Shown one piece after another: positions 28,271 through 42,056 of a DNA stretch of 64,000 nt. Both the position numbers and the translations under genes were made by a program. The DNA comes from Trichosphaerium sp. ATCC 40318 (Eukaryota; Protista; Tubulinea): positions 2,156 through 66,155 of the forward strand of contig JALMLS010000473.1 in assembly GCA_038496445.1 (NCBI GenBank). The letters run 5' to 3'. Positions within the stretch are counted from its first letter, which is position 1. Each line of letters starts with the position of its first letter. Below the pieces are notes generated by a model. It saw nothing but the letters and a program-made list of their open reading frames with translations, was not told where the DNA came from and did not search any database.

Positions 28271-29467
28271 ATGTTAACTGTTGGTAAGTAGTTAAGGCGA
28301 TTATTATTAATTTACCACTTCTCCAAGACGTGTGGAAAGACAATAAACGAGTAGCTCAAATGAAGACTGAAGTAACAATTGGAAAAGAGGTTCCAGTGAT
28401 AGCGAATCAACTTGAGGACTGTAAAGGTGATAGTAATCAAGTTGTACTTACTCTTGGAGACAACGTCACTCTAGATGGTGTTAAGCGTACGCTATGGTTT
28501 AGAGTATTTAACGTGTGAGGTAGCTAACTGAATCAAGGCATACTCAATGAAATCGCTCACAAATCAGAGTCCTTAACTTCCACCAAACACGACATTGCTG
28601 ATTTGAAAGAAGCTCAAATTGCCGCTGATTTTTTGGGTTGTCAGGTTTGTTAACTTATTAAAGCTTACCTTGTTAAGTGTATGACGTAGAAACTGTATGA
28701 AAAGTATACCATTGAGGTAGTGTTGGCTTCAAATGATAGCTCACAAGTAATTTCTGTCTTTGGAGTTAAGCAAGCAAAATTGAAGTTGTCAAGTATTAAA
28801 AGTCATGTATACTTGTACTTGGCTGATGGTGCCATACAAACAATTGCAAGAAAAGAGTATGATGTCACATATAAACCAATAGTTCTGGCATTGTTTGATC
28901 TTGCAATTTCGAGGCTAGTTTCCGGATATACCGACATGTTCTGCAAAGTGCACATTCCTGTGTACTTAAAATATGTGGATGATGCAACATTGTACAACAT
29001 ACTGAAAAAATCAAAAATGTAAGTCAGCTGATTTTGCTTTTGTTTGTTTATTAATTCACTGTTTAGTGAAAGGTGTAGAAAGAAATGTTGTTTTTCTGCA
29101 CTTCTAGAGCGTGCATTGGTACACGCACTCAATGATAAAACTCCAACTGATTGTTTTACATTTGTTATGGTACACAAACGTTGTTTTTTCGATCATTGCA
29201 AAAATGCTGATAAATTATTGTACGATACATTTTAGCACTGTGACAGATTATAACCAGATACATTTACAGGCTTATCTTATGTTGCAAAGCCGGAGATAAT
29301 GTGGACCTGTTGGCAAAGTTGTGTGAGCAAGTGCACTATCATAGAAACAGTCTGACTGATACATGGTCACTACTTGCTATGTATAAAGTACACTATGGTA
29401 AGTAGTATCTGTGTTGGCAGACATGACAATAAACTAAGATATGAAAGTCATGTTGTGGGAACTTTGA
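28271..29467 (+). CDS. Putative Skp1/BTB-like domain protein (multi-exon)
   Basis: VIANQLEDC..VVLTLGDNVTLDGVKR/ILNEI..LKEAQIAADFLGCQ/KLYE; 3' end uncertain. Confidence 0.5.
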
Positions 29468-29866
29468 TATTTGGAGACACATTTTGTCTACTTTTTAAAA
29501 GCCACTCCTGATTTGTAGCACCTGTGACTTTCTGTTCTTATGGCCATGTTAAGTACTGCATGAAGATACACTAATGGTATAGCTTGCAGAGTTGCAAAAG
29601 GCTACCTATGTTCACAAACCATCCCAAAATCAGGCTTAGCGCTAACACAAAATAGCGTTATATTTCAAGTCAAATCCAATTTGTAGTCGCCTTGGTTTTT
29701 CGTTGTTAAAATGGTAGAAGAATTTATTATGTGACTCCATTATAGCTATTTAAGGTTATGTTCATAGCTTAACTTGGCTTAGACTACTTTTGGTATTCCA
29801 AGCAGTGATTAAGGACAAGACTAAGGAGAGTGATAATTTTATACAAACAAATTTTATTTCAGTACA

Positions 29867-30463
29867 TTATTCCTCCTCTACCGCCATTGATAGCCAATCT
29901 AAACCTTCATACAACCCTTCACCTCTAACTGCACAAGTACCTTCAACATGCCACTTTCTATCACGTAACTTAGACAAGCCCATCTCCTCAGTCACTTGAG
30001 AGGGTGTCAGTGCGTTTGGTAAATCTTGTTTATTCGCAAGAACAAGTAATGCTGCATCTTTTAATGCGTCCGATGTAAGCATTCTTGCCAGTTCGTGTTG
30101 TGCCTCCTCAATACGCTCTTTGTCGTTACTATCTACAACAAATATAATTCCATTCGCTCCCTTATCGAACTCATACTGCCATACACGGCGTATTTTATCC
30201 CTTCCGCCGAAATCGAAGGTTGTAAAACTGATATTTTTATAAGTGACTCGTTCAACGTTAAAACCGATTGTAGGTATTGTCGTAATTATTTCACCAAGTT
30301 TTAGCTTGTATAACGTCGTTGTTTTGCCTTTAGATACAAGAGTTAATTAAAACATCATAATACGCGTTTATATACCTGCAGCGTCCAATCCTACCATTAA
30401 TATGTGATGTTTTTGGCTATAGTAGCCAAATAATTGTTTAAACTTATTAAATACGCCACCCAT
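29867..30463 (-). CDS. arf: Arf-family small GTPase (1 intron)
   Basis: MG myristoylation start, [49 protein letters not shown]. Confidence 0.92.
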
Positions 30464-31060
30464 ACTCTCGTTGTCTTATATAGGCGATAACTTACCGGAA
30501 TGAGATGTTCTACAAATTTAGATACTGACGTAGAAGCAACGTCGCTGCTTAACTGAATTGTAAACACAGTTTTGACTACCAAATCTCAACAACTTTTGAC
30601 TCTAATTCTTGTCCTGCTAAACCATATTGCACATCATTCGTGCCATTAAAGAAGGCGTTTGAGATGGTTATTAATACTTGAATTACACGTGTACTACCAA
30701 AACTGAAACACAAGTAAACGTTTGGAACTCGCTGAAATTTCCACCATGATGCAAACCTTGAAACGTGTTGTAGTCTTCCGTGAGGATGCCACATTCTGCA
30801 CTTACTATTGAGGTTATTTTGAAATGTTTTAGTCTGGGATACCGTAGTCACTACTGGTTTGTACCTACTTCCTTTGAGCAAAGGACATCACGTGTTAACT
30901 TGACCCACAATACCCTTAAAGCCTAATTAAATACAATAACGGATAAAAACTGGACAGCTGGACAGTGCTTCTGGGAAGCTGGCAACAAAAAGTACATAAA
31001 TAATATTGGACAGAACGTAACAATCAAAAAAACAACAGAATCAATTTAAAAAAGTGTCTT

Positions 31061-32203
31061 TTATTGATTTGCGAACAACCATTTACCGGCATCTGTCATT
31101 GACTCGTCAGGACGTGTTAATCTATGATCATCTTGATCGTAACTGTAAACATAAAGCTGTTCAACAGAACTGTAAGTGTTCAATGCCTTTGTAAAGTGCT
31201 GGAACATGAAATTCCTCTTCCAATCAGAAGAGAACTTGCTCTGTCTGTATCCCATCTCAGTAATATAACACTTCTTGTTTGTAGCAGCCAAAAGAGGGTT
31301 CATATAATCGGCTAACCAATCACGTGCTTGAGCTTCTCTTACGTTGATATTAGCAGAACTGTAAGTCAAGCCAGGGTACATATGAGCGGAGTAACCGTCA
31401 AGCGTAGCAAGGAAGTCAGGATGATGACTAGGTTGACCCGGAAAGTTACCACGAATAATATCTATTGTAGCAGCTGGACTTAACATTGTACCACCGGCAT
31501 TAACTAACCATGGACCGTTGTCAGTATGAGCAAGAGATCCAAGGATAACTTTTGGTCTTGTTGCCGCTTGATTAAATATACGTCTAATAATAATACGAGC
31601 AAGCTTAGCGAGATGTCCAGCTTTTCTTACAGACCATCTAATTGATCCTGGAATTTGACCCCACGTGTACGTTTGATCGTAAATAACACCTTGACCGCTA
31701 GGTTTGATTGGGAATGCGCCATTGAACGCAGCCCAGTTGAACTCGTTACCTACTTGAACAACATGGATATGACATCCGTTGTCTTTGAATGCATTGAACA
31801 ATGTGTGAATCCAAGTTTGGTAAGTAGGTACGTGGATTTGATGGAGTTGGTAGTTATCCCAGAACGGCGCTCCTGAGTTACCGACACGAATGGTTCTACC
31901 AGGGTAAAGCTCTGGTTCACCGCAAAGATGAAGGAAAAGAAGTACTTCGAGGCCAATAGAGTTGCAGTGCTTTATATGAGCGACTACTGCGTTCAGTTGG
32001 CTTGTACGTGATAGGGAGAGGCGTATTCTGTTAGCTCCTGAGTTCTTGATTCTGTTTAGCATAGCTTTGGCTTCATTAAGGTTTCCGCCAGCGTGCCAGT
32101 ACAGATTAGAGCGGTGTACGCCTAAATCGAAATTAAACGCACTAGTTGTTTGAACAAATAGCGCTAGAAGAGCAATTACGCTCAATAATGAAATAGCGTT
32201 CAT
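31061..32203 (-). CDS. Secreted clan GH-A-type glycoside hydrolase, intronless
   Basis: Signal peptide MNAISLL..TTSA; acid/base VQVGNEFN, AHMYP, nucleophile YITEMGY. Confidence 0.8.
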   Translation of the reverse strand: MNAISLLSVIALLALFVQTTSAFNFDLGVHRSNLYWHAGGNLNEAKAMLNRIKNSGANRIRLSLSRTSQLNAVVAHIKHCNSIGLEVLLFLHLCGEPELYPGRTIRVGNSGAPFWDNYQLHQIHVPTYQTWIHTLFNAFKDNGCHIHVVQVGNEFNWAAFNGAFPIKPSGQGVIYDQTYTWGQIPGSIRWSVRKAGHLAKLARIIIRRIFNQAATRPKVILGSLAHTDNGPWLVNAGGTMLSPAATIDIIRGNFPGQPSHHPDFLATLDGYSAHMYPGLTYSSANINVREAQARDWLADYMNPLLAATNKKCYITEMGYRQSKFSSDWKRNFMFQHFTKALNTYSSVEQLYVYSYDQDDHRLTRPDESMTDAGKWLFANQ

Positions 32204-33267
32204 TGTGAGGTGCACGAGTGGTGATTGTCTGAAAAAACAAGAAAAAGAATAAGAACGGAAGTTAAACTTGGCAAGTTTTTCTGTTTTTGGACATAACCTT
32301 GAATTGGTAGGAGAATCTACTGTGTTGTAGTATAGAACTAGATCCTTCTAGTTACTGATTTGAGTTTGGTTCAGAAAACTGAGAACAGTTCGGAGTAAGA
32401 AACCAACAATTTCCATATTTGCTTATTGTCTTCTTGTTTCGTATTTACTTTTACGAATAGAAGTACTCAACTTTAGAACCATTCATAGCATTGGTATCAG
32501 TTTGTTTTCGCGTAATAAAGCTAATAGAACTCGATTGACACTTGTTGAGACCATAAAACGTAAAAGTAGTTCTTTTATACTGTCAATGTTCCTGCTGTAC
32601 GCCAAATAGTTCAGAAACGCGACTTTCTTCGTTGTTAGATGAGAACAAAGCGTAACAACTATTATATTGATCTTGATTACACTATCTTGCTATTGAATAC
32701 CTCCTGCAAGTCATGTATAGGTTATACGCTTGTCTGAGTTCTTCGCTTTCCAAAACAGTCTCGTGTTACAAAAGTTTGTTGTTTTACAACTGAGCGTACT
32801 ATACAGAATGATTATGTAACGGTACTGCGAAACAGAGCGCTTTTTGCTTTGAAATCAATGAGAACAGAGTATTTTTCAGAAATTTCAAAAATTCCCACAC
32901 ATGTGATAAAAGAGTCCACAAGAAACCGTTGACAAAATCAAAACAACAATTCAGACGGCAGTACGTGGTATTTTGTGGTTTTGTTGGCAATATTTTAGCA
33001 CTTTTATAACGCAATAAGATTGTTAACAGTTTCTTTCTAACTGTCCTTTTAGTACAAGCGTTTATAGTAGACAGTGGGTCCGCCACGTGCTAAGCGGTCG
33101 TCTGACCTCGCGCTCTATCTTTCACATCTATTGCTGGATCCATGGCTGGCGTTACGGTCGTAAAAGGTGCGTTAAAAGACCAAACGACCAAAACCATTTT
33201 TTTTTGTATCACGTGATATCTACTATGTAGTTTTTTATTTTAAATTGTTGTTGTAGCCAATTGCCGA

Positions 33268-33890
33268 TGTTAATACAACTGGTGTATATGGGATTGTAGG
33301 ATAAAATTGCGCATGGGCCAATGTGTAGTAGGGATCATAACACCCTCATCATATTCTTCACCATCGGTCGGCATATCACCATCCGTATGTACAATTCTGG
33401 ATGGATCTGCGTACTCTTCAATAGCGCAAATTGTCTCTGCTTCTGAAGCTTTGACTGACTCTACAACCTGTGCTGGATCCTGTACTTGGTCAAAAGGTTC
33501 CTGTATGACAGTTCCAGGCTCGAGATTGTCAACAGCACCTAAAGAAGTACACGAGTATTAGGTTAACAACCTCTACTCACACTAAAAAAATAAAAACAAA
33601 CGCTTTGTTTGCGTCAGCGCCACCTGTACTTTTTAAATGTTACTAGCAAACATACAGCATTTACATAACCATACCGATATATTACGAGGTATCTCGGATA
33701 ACCTCCAGTGGAACTTCTATGTCGGTACTACTTTCATACAGCTCAAACCATTTCTAATGAAATAAAGGTATTAGCTAATGCAATGCAAAAAGGATGGTTG
33801 ATAGTCATACCACAGGTGCATTTCCATCTGCGTCAGATGTTACTCGTTTGGAGTACACTCGTTCGCTTGGGTACCCGCCATCCCAAGTTC
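33268..33890 (-). CDS. Uncharacterised spliced gene or pseudogene with acidic C-terminus
   Basis: Exon-like MYGTWDGGYPSERVYSK and GAVDNLEPGTVIQEPF with splice signals; frames not fully joinable. Confidence 0.3.
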
Positions 33891-34200
33891 CGTACATTGC
33901 AAACCTTACAACTTGCAAGGGCGTTCTAGATAAAAATTCCCTGTGAATGCTATCATGACCCAGTTTTTGATCGACCAAAAAAGAAAAGGAATAAAAAGCT
34001 TTTACAAGTACAACAAAGACACAATTTGAGGTAGTTTGCCTTGTTTTTTGAATAAAGTTTACCAATTACAACTAAGCACTAAAACAGTGGTGGCACCTAT
34101 CAATTAAGGTTCCTAGCCTTGAATGAACCAAATATCACTTGCCGCTTACCCAGTAGAACACCATGTATTACAAGAAAAAAACCAAGAAAGAAATTGTTTA

Positions 34201-37200
34201 TTACTTTTTAAAGTAGCCCATGCCCTTCTTTTTAAGGCTACTTGAAGCTTTTTGTTGTGCTTTTGGATCATTGGCTTTCTGAGATACACCCTTACCAACT
34301 TGTTTTTGAACAAACCGATTCTTAGCTAGTTTCTTTGCAAGCTAAAGAAAAAAAACGTGAGACTCGAAAAAAATTTTGAAAAAAACAAAAACAAATTCTT
34401 TTCGATTATGTGGTACACAACAACCGCAGTTGCTGCTATAACAACACAAATATGTTCTACCAAAGTAGTATAACATATATCACGGAAAAATCAAAGATAG
34501 TACATACAGGGTTCGATGTGTTTTCCGCAATAGCATTACCAACTGCTACTTGATTGTTTTTATCCATCGCTTGGTTTCCAACTTGCTTACCTAAGGTAAT
34601 TTCTTTGTTTAATACACATAACAGAGATTACAAATAATTTTAGAAGGTATTTTAGGTAGTACGACACATCACTCTGTCACAAAAAAGATCCAATAGATAA
34701 AAAGTGTTTCATACCTATTTCACGTTGTGCTTTTACTTCCATCTGTTGTGCATAAGCGTTTGCTTGTTCCTCCATATTTTCTGCATATTGGTCCATATTA
34801 TCGCCTTCTGGCATACCATATTGCTGTCCGTATGAATGTCCTGGTCTAGGAGGAGGAGCACCACTAGTAAAAAGAAATGAATAAGCAAACAAACAAAGTT
34901 AACAAAACTTCTTTTCCAACTTTGTAGTTTCTGAACATTGGTTTTTTTCATTCCTTCGTACCCATAGTTACTACTTGGACGACTTGGTGGACCTGGAGCT
35001 GCTGCACCAACACCAATTACACCATTTACATAATCGACAGTAAGCTCTGGAGGAACAACTGTAGGCACAGAAGGTAAGATTTTCCTGAGAAGACCATTTA
35101 TAACAAACATAGCAACAGTAAATTCCAGAACGTTCAATTGACCGTCCTTATTTTGATCAGCAATTTCCCAAATAAGAGCTAGTGTAGCCTCACTAAAAAA
35201 ATGTATAAGCAAGAAAGAAAGATAATAAGGTAAAGGAAGGAAGAGATCAACAAAAACCAGAAAAAACCAAGAATGTTGACAATTCTGTAGTTTGTTTCAC
35301 TCGTCACGTACTCCAGGTTTGAACGTGAAAATAATTGTGCTGCCTTTGCTCCAGTAATAAGACCAAGATTGCTAGGATCCTCTCTACGGAAAATAGCACT
35401 GTATTTTTGTAACTCAGAGTCCGGAATACTCCACTTGCTCTTTAAAAGAAAAGGTAAGAATCTACAACAGAACCACAACACGAACCTGAGGAGGTGTATT
35501 GTAGGCTCCAGGCCTTTGAGGTGCAGCACCCGGTCTTTGAGGCGCAGCTGCAGGCCTTTGCGGTGCTGCTGATGGTCTTTGAGGCGCAGCTGCAGGTCTT
35601 TGTGGCGCAGCAGCTGGTCGTTGAGGTGCGGCAGCAGGTCTTTGTGGAGCAGCCGCTGGACGTTGAGGAGGTGAAGCATTTCCAGGTGCTGTATAAGATC
35701 TATCACGAACTCCTGGTCCGTGTCCTGGTCTTGGAGGTGCACCACCTGGTCTTCCTGGTGCATGTGAAGGTCTCTTTGGCCCACCACGACCTCTACCTCT
35801 TCCTTTACCTCTATGTGCCATGCGGTGTTTTGGATGTCCTTTAGGGTTACCACGTCCGTATCCCTTCTTTCCATAACCTTTCTTAACAGCCTAAAGCGCA
35901 ATCAATCCTAACCACGGTTTATACAGCCAACTTACGCCTTTTGGTCGCCCATAACCACCAGCACCGCCTACTGGCATAACTCGTACACCTAATAGAGTTA
36001 ACTTACATTTAACTCAATACATGAAAAGCAAAAGACGCAATACCTGGAGGGACAGAGCGTGGTCTATGAGGTGCAGGTGATGACCTCTGCGGAGCAGCTG
36101 CAGGACGAGAAGGAGGGGTCATATCTCTAGCTGCCATTGGTGCTGGTCCTAGTAAAAAAGTTACATAAACCAATAGAGTATGATACAACACTTACTTGCT
36201 GGTGCAGCAGCTGGTTGTGAATACGCTTGTGGTGATGGTACTGGGGCTGTGTAAGCCTGTGGTGACGGTACTGGAGCCGCGTAAGCTTGTGGAGTAGGAG
36301 CTGGTGCACTATAGCTACTTGCAGATCCATATTGTGCTGGAGGCGTTGAAACAGCGGTTTCTTGAAATAAATGTTAACAACAAAAAAAATGCAACAGAAG
36401 CAGTGGTAAAACTCGTACTGTACTCTTCAGCAGATGAGTCAGACTACACAGAAAATCGTTAGAAGAAAAAAATGAGAATTTGGCACGTGTCACGTGCGTG
36501 TCATGTCAAAAAAAAACAGAAGTGAATGAAATGTGTTTTGTACCATTGAGATTGAATCTTCTGGTTCTCTTGGTTTTCTTCTTGAAGGTTTCTTCCTGCT
36601 TCCACCGCCAGATGATGATGTATTCATATTAAAAGCAGTGGACATTTTTGTAAACAAATTAGATTGAGACTCTTGTAACTAAGTAAAAACAATGTTAGTA
36701 CATGTATATATAATCTATAAAGTAATCTTACACCCTCATAGATAGATTGAAAGTCATCAGTACGGTTCTTGCAAAGTTCTTCCAAATTGTCTTGTAATTC
36801 TTTATTATAATCTTCAAATGCTTCTCTAGCATCATCTAACTTCAACTTTGCTGCCTATTTCGACTGTTTGAGGAAAAATAATATTAAACGTTAACGCACA
36901 GATGCTTTATCCTCTTTAGCACTGCTATGAGCCTTTTGCTTGCTTTTAAAGTCAGTGAATAGCTTATCTCGCTCTCCAATTTGTTTCTAAGCAAGATCTT
37001 AATAAAAATCCTTTCTACTGCCGTAACAAACCTTATAAGATGTCACACGCGTTTCATATGTTGATATTTCAGCTGTTAATACGCTCATTTCGTTCTATGA
37101 GGAGGTGAGGTGGAAGAAAAAAATAATCAATGAAATTCCGTTTTTTCAAATATGTCACTTGACACGTACTTCAAAGTCTCCAATTGTATCTGCAATAATT

Positions 37201-37851
37201 TCTGTTGACATTACGAACTCAGATTGTGTAGCTGACTATGATTTGGGTCAAAGAAAAGTACAAGAAGCAAAAGAAAAAAAAAACTTTTTTCATGAAGTTA
37301 CAAGTCTCGCTATGAGTCTCAAAATACTTCCATACGCGAATAAAAATACGTGTACGTCTAATAAAAGCAATACCCGACGTGAGCCCGTTAAAGAAAAGTA
37401 GAAAAGCTTATTTTGTGTAAAAATGACGTACGTTATCATAAAACTCATCCAACCCTTTACTCAGCTCTTGTAGTGGCCCAACGATACCTTTTTTAATAAT
37501 TTTCAGTTCGGTTTTGGTTTTTTACCATAAAACATAATGAAGCTCTCATTTGGCTATTGCGTACCTTTCACTGCTTTCTCATACTTTTTAAGATCAGAAG
37601 TAATGCGGTTTAGCTGTTTCTTTAATTTTTTGAAGTTTTCTCGCTGGATTTCAAACTCTCCATACTCTGATTCGCCTCCTTTAGGGTGTTTATCCCGTTT
37701 TAACTTTCCAGCAACTTTTGATTTCTAAAAACTGTTATTTTCGAGAGTTATTAATCGCATTTGCTTTAAAAAACTACTGTAGATACTTTAAAGCACCAAG
37801 CGCAATTGTACTTAAAAATAAACATAAGAAGCTCCGTACCCAAGATGCCAT
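34201..37851 (-). CDS. N-BAR-like + Pro-rich repeats + EH-domain endocytic adaptor (many exons)
   Basis: EFEIQRENFKKLKKQL..LDDAREAFEDYNKELQDNL (BAR-like); (APQRPAA)n; KYSAIFRRED..ITGAKAAQLFSRSNL..LALIWEIADQNKDGQLNVLEFTVAM (EH). Confidence 0.8.
35505..35670 (-). repeat. 21-bp coding minisatellite (APQRPAA)n
   Basis: Tandem repeats visible in ORF 35462..35821. Confidence 0.9.
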
Positions 37852-37974
37852 GCTTATTTATTTTTCTAAAGCACCTGGAGTGTTATTGTGTTGGTTCACG
37901 CTAATATTTCGGTTCTCTTAACTACCAGGCTTCTCGCTTAAAGTCATCCTACAAATCACCTCTAACTGTTTATT

Positions 37975-39009
37975 ATGGTACCACTACTACGTCCAGATAT
38001 GTTATTAATACAAAATAGCCTGTTTTCGTACTATATATGCGAGCAATGCTCGAAAATGTCGAACAAGTCATCCCAGATGAAGGAAAAACGTAATTTTATA
38101 CTTTTAGTAGTATTTAGAGTCTAATTACAAATTATAGGTGGCACTGCAAAGTAATGAGTATTAAATTGCTCTTAAACACTAACTAGAACAAGGTAAAAGG
38201 TCCTGGTGGCGAAATTAAGGATGTTTTCATAGATCCAACAGAAGAGATTGAAAACCCAAAGGGTCGCGGTACAGGTACACTAAACGCACTATAGAGGTGG
38301 TTTCAGTCACTTACTTTTTTGACAGTAAACGCCATTCTCAAAGTGAAGGGAGGACGCCAAATCGGCATGATTACCGTCGTACCTAACAGTATTGTACTAG
38401 ATAAGCCTTTACTCTACATTCAACTAAAACCGTTAAAAAGAAACCGTACACTGCGGATGGCGAATGGGCTGAGCTCGTATCCTTCGATTGCAGAGGTTGT
38501 AGTATTGAAGAGTACATCCCAGCGGTACAATAGCTTACTCTCGCAAAAAAGTAGTAAACTGGACGTAGTAACGCATTATAAGGAAGGATGGAGTTGTAAT
38601 AGCTCTGAGAGTAGATTCAAGTTCTCTGAGGTTGATTTGTCTGATGACTGGTGAGTATTTAACGTAGCAATCACGTGATTTTTCGAATCGAAAAAGAAAA
38701 CAAATTTAACATTTTCTTCATTACGCCTTACCCACTTCGCAAACCAAGGGTACAGTGTCTTTATTATATTATAGAATACACTAATAGTTACCTATATAAT
38801 TCATAGTACTATTTTTGTTATTGTGTTTATGTTGTAGTGTTCCAAAACAAGCAGTGAATTTTTTTTCTTGTTTTTTTTATAGTTTATTCTCGTATAGGAT
38901 TGACTACGATGAAGATGCTGGTGTTACTGTGGGTATCACTGAAATAGAAACGAAGATAGAGAGTGAAAAAGACGCTAGTACGTCAAGACAAAGCCTCACA
39001 ACTATGTAG
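37975..39009 (+). CDS. DUF866/UPF0587 (CZIB-like) protein (multi-exon)
   Basis: M/PVFVLYMRAMLENV..GRGT/VNAILK..FDCRGCSIEEY..KFSEVDLSDDW/IDYDEDAGVTVGI. Confidence 0.8.
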
Positions 39010-39417
39010 TCTAACGAAATGTTTCTAGAGAAACTACGTAAACAAAAATATTAACAGCCCGACGTTTCAAGTATCACATTGTACACGTTTCAAAATATAT
39101 TTTTTTCTTTGAATATTATCCTTCCATTGTAGTGCTACTACACTTAAACAAAAATTTGAGTGTTTATAATATAAACGTTGTTTCTTCTGATGGCAGTTTG
39201 CACTTACTTCGATACCAATTTGGGTATGTTTATCTTGCTCACAATCCTATGAACAACAGCGAGTAGTTGACAGTTACCAACTCCAGCCGCATACTCCTTG
39301 AGTCACAATTTGAATGAGAGGCGGTAGAAACGTTATTTTGAGGACCGTTGGCGGAACAGCAATTTTTTTAAGGAAGACAGATTACTTTATCATAGCTAGT
39401 ATTTTAGCTTTTTGTGT

Positions 39418-41131
39418 TTATTCAGTTTTCTCAAAGTCAACAACATACAGTGCAGGCCTTTCATGAGTAGAGACAGCAGCATCTATAATATACAATCTTC
39501 CGCGGAAGTAAGCCAAACCCTTTATAGTCTTGAACTTATGTGAGAGTTTCAATTTAACAACATTGAAAGGAGGTTTGTTGTAAATTTTAAAAACATCTTC
39601 AAGTGATGCTACATAAACAACACTACCTCTTCCATCCATTGTTATAAATCTGGGTATGCTTTTAAGGAACTGGGTATTTTCTCTCCTTGTGTTTTTTAAT
39701 GTAGAGACATATCCGTCTTCAAGACGTCTAATACCTCCGTTCAGAGTATCTGCGATATAAAGTGAAGTCTTATCTTCGTCAAACTACAGTAACAAAAAGT
39801 ATAAGTCTAATAATCCTCTATAGTCAAAGTATATATATCAAGCGTATAGCTTAACCAGACATAGACAAAAATTAAACTGGTGAAAGCAACAATCGAAAAG
39901 AAATGTCAACCATAAACGCTGAGAATATTTTAAGAATTGTTTTTCTCAAATGAGTCGCTAAGTGCATACTTGGACATCCTGAGGCCAATGAAATCTTGAA
40001 TTAAGTGCATCGCCATCGCCTGTACCGCTATAAGTAGATCCAGCTATTATCTCAACACGCTTCTTGTCAACAACTAGTTTTCTTATGCAGTTATTATGAG
40101 TGTCTGCAACATAAATATTGCCATTGTTGTCAACGTCTATACCAGATGGGCGGTTAAAAGTAGCTTCATCAAAGCTTCCGCCTGTATACTTTGCATTACC
40201 AACTAATTACACATTACTGGAAGTAAAACTACAAGAGGAAAAACACAAACTGTAAAAATCGACTTACCTTTTCCAGCAATAGCATCAAAACAATTATCTT
40301 TCTTGTTGAATTTCACAACAGATACTTTCGTTAATGAGTATATTGTATGGTCTGAGGAAACAGCAATACAGCCGGTAGGGTATATATTAAGGTCTCTAGT
40401 ACCAGTAGGCTTATAGACAATCTAAAGAAAGAAAAAAAGTTAAGAAATTTATAAGAATTGTTTGGCGCATGTACTTACCTCTGTTTTCATTGTTTCCAAG
40501 TCCACACGCCAAAACCCATAACCGTCATTGATGATAAGCTACATCAACAAAAATAAGGCACTTCAAAACACTCTGCTTATGGAAAAACGTGAAACCAACA
40601 AAACTACTGACGACGTTTCAAAGAAAACAAAAGCAACTTTCGGATGAACTTTCTACATTACACCACTAATTGGGAATATGCTTACCGCGCCACTGTAGTC
40701 TATACCCATTCCATAGAATGTTCCCCATTTGATTTCTTCATTGTCAGAATCTAGAGGGCCTGTTAAACATGACATTGTTTTTGGGTATAATTCAAAACAG
40801 CGCCTACGTGGCGTGTAAACGAAAACCGGGTTTCAAGTGAATTTGGAGCAATTTGAGCTAAAAAAGTTGGAACAGTTATTTACCTACGCAATTGGCTTTC
40901 TTTACGCTGTAATTACATGAGAGGTCCTAAGAGAGTTAATTTAAACGATATTTAATTAAAGAAACTTTAAAATGTTCTAAACGATACCCTCCAGTACTGT
41001 GTATCCTCTACTAGTGCTTTTAGCGGTTTTGAAGTACGGTAGAGCCAAAGAACGTCTCTTGCAGATAAGAAGTTGACAATATCGACTATAACATCGTAAG
41101 GAATGTTCTCAAAGTGGCTTAGTTGCGCCAT
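39418..41131 (-). CDS. F-box + NHL-repeat beta-propeller protein (multi-exon)
   Basis: FENIPYDVIVDIVNFLSARDVLWL; ATFNRPSGIDVDNNGNIYVADTHNNCIRKL; LYIADTLNGGIRRL. Confidence 0.85.
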
Positions 41132-42056
41132 GTCTTGTTTTGATATGTATTATTGTGGGGGACTCGTTTTTCACTGAAGGTTTTTACAAGTTTTTGGTGT
41201 AAATTGAAAAAAAACACGTGACCGAACATTGAAGGAATAAGAATTGTTGTAACTGAGAGGATACAACAAGGGGAGTGGTATGTGTAAGTTGGGTCTATCT
41301 ATTTTATATACATAAGTTCTAGGTCGATATATAGCGTTACATCTCGGACTCTCACGTAGCCAGTTGAGTCTCGGATCATTAACAATTGTACAAATGCCCT
41401 ACAAATTGAAATTTTATAGTTGCTTTCGCCTTTGTGAAAGCCGGCGTGTAGTTGCGGTCCTTGGCGTGATTACAACAAGCGACAGTGTACAGCTACTGGA
41501 GGATTGTTACTATGAACTACCACTACTGGTTACGGCTGAGTGGGAGGGACCAACTCGCAGCCTACAAGCAGAATTCACCAAAATCGTTGCAGATTCTTTT
41601 TAACCAACATGTTCTTTTGACATTGCGATCTTGCAAATCCCTGTTGCTCTGTGCTCAAGGTTCTTTCAGCGACATATGGGCTCCTCCAAAAATATCGTCT
41701 AGTAGTAGTTATCTGGTTGGCTGAAAGAGGAACTGGGGTACATCACAATAAAAAAAGCAACTTCCGCTTCATGAATAGCAAACAATTAAGCAGTAACTGC
41801 TAATCTATTGTTTCTGTTTATTGCCAGTTTGCCTTGGTTAATACAGGTGCAGATGTTCTTATTTCGTCTTTGAACTGTATAATTGAATACACAGCCATGA
41901 AGCACAACTTAACGAAACGTGTTAACATTGAGTTTTATACAACAATTATTCTTGATTTTCGTTACCTGCGGTTGGTGCTCGTAACGTTATGGATTGACCA
42001 TCAATTACGCTCATTTATCGTGCTTTACTATGTGTTATAGCGAGGATGATGAACTT

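Noticed and set aside
30576-30881. 101-aa ORF between the Arf and hydrolase genes
   Set aside because: Non-ATG start, no motif or splice support
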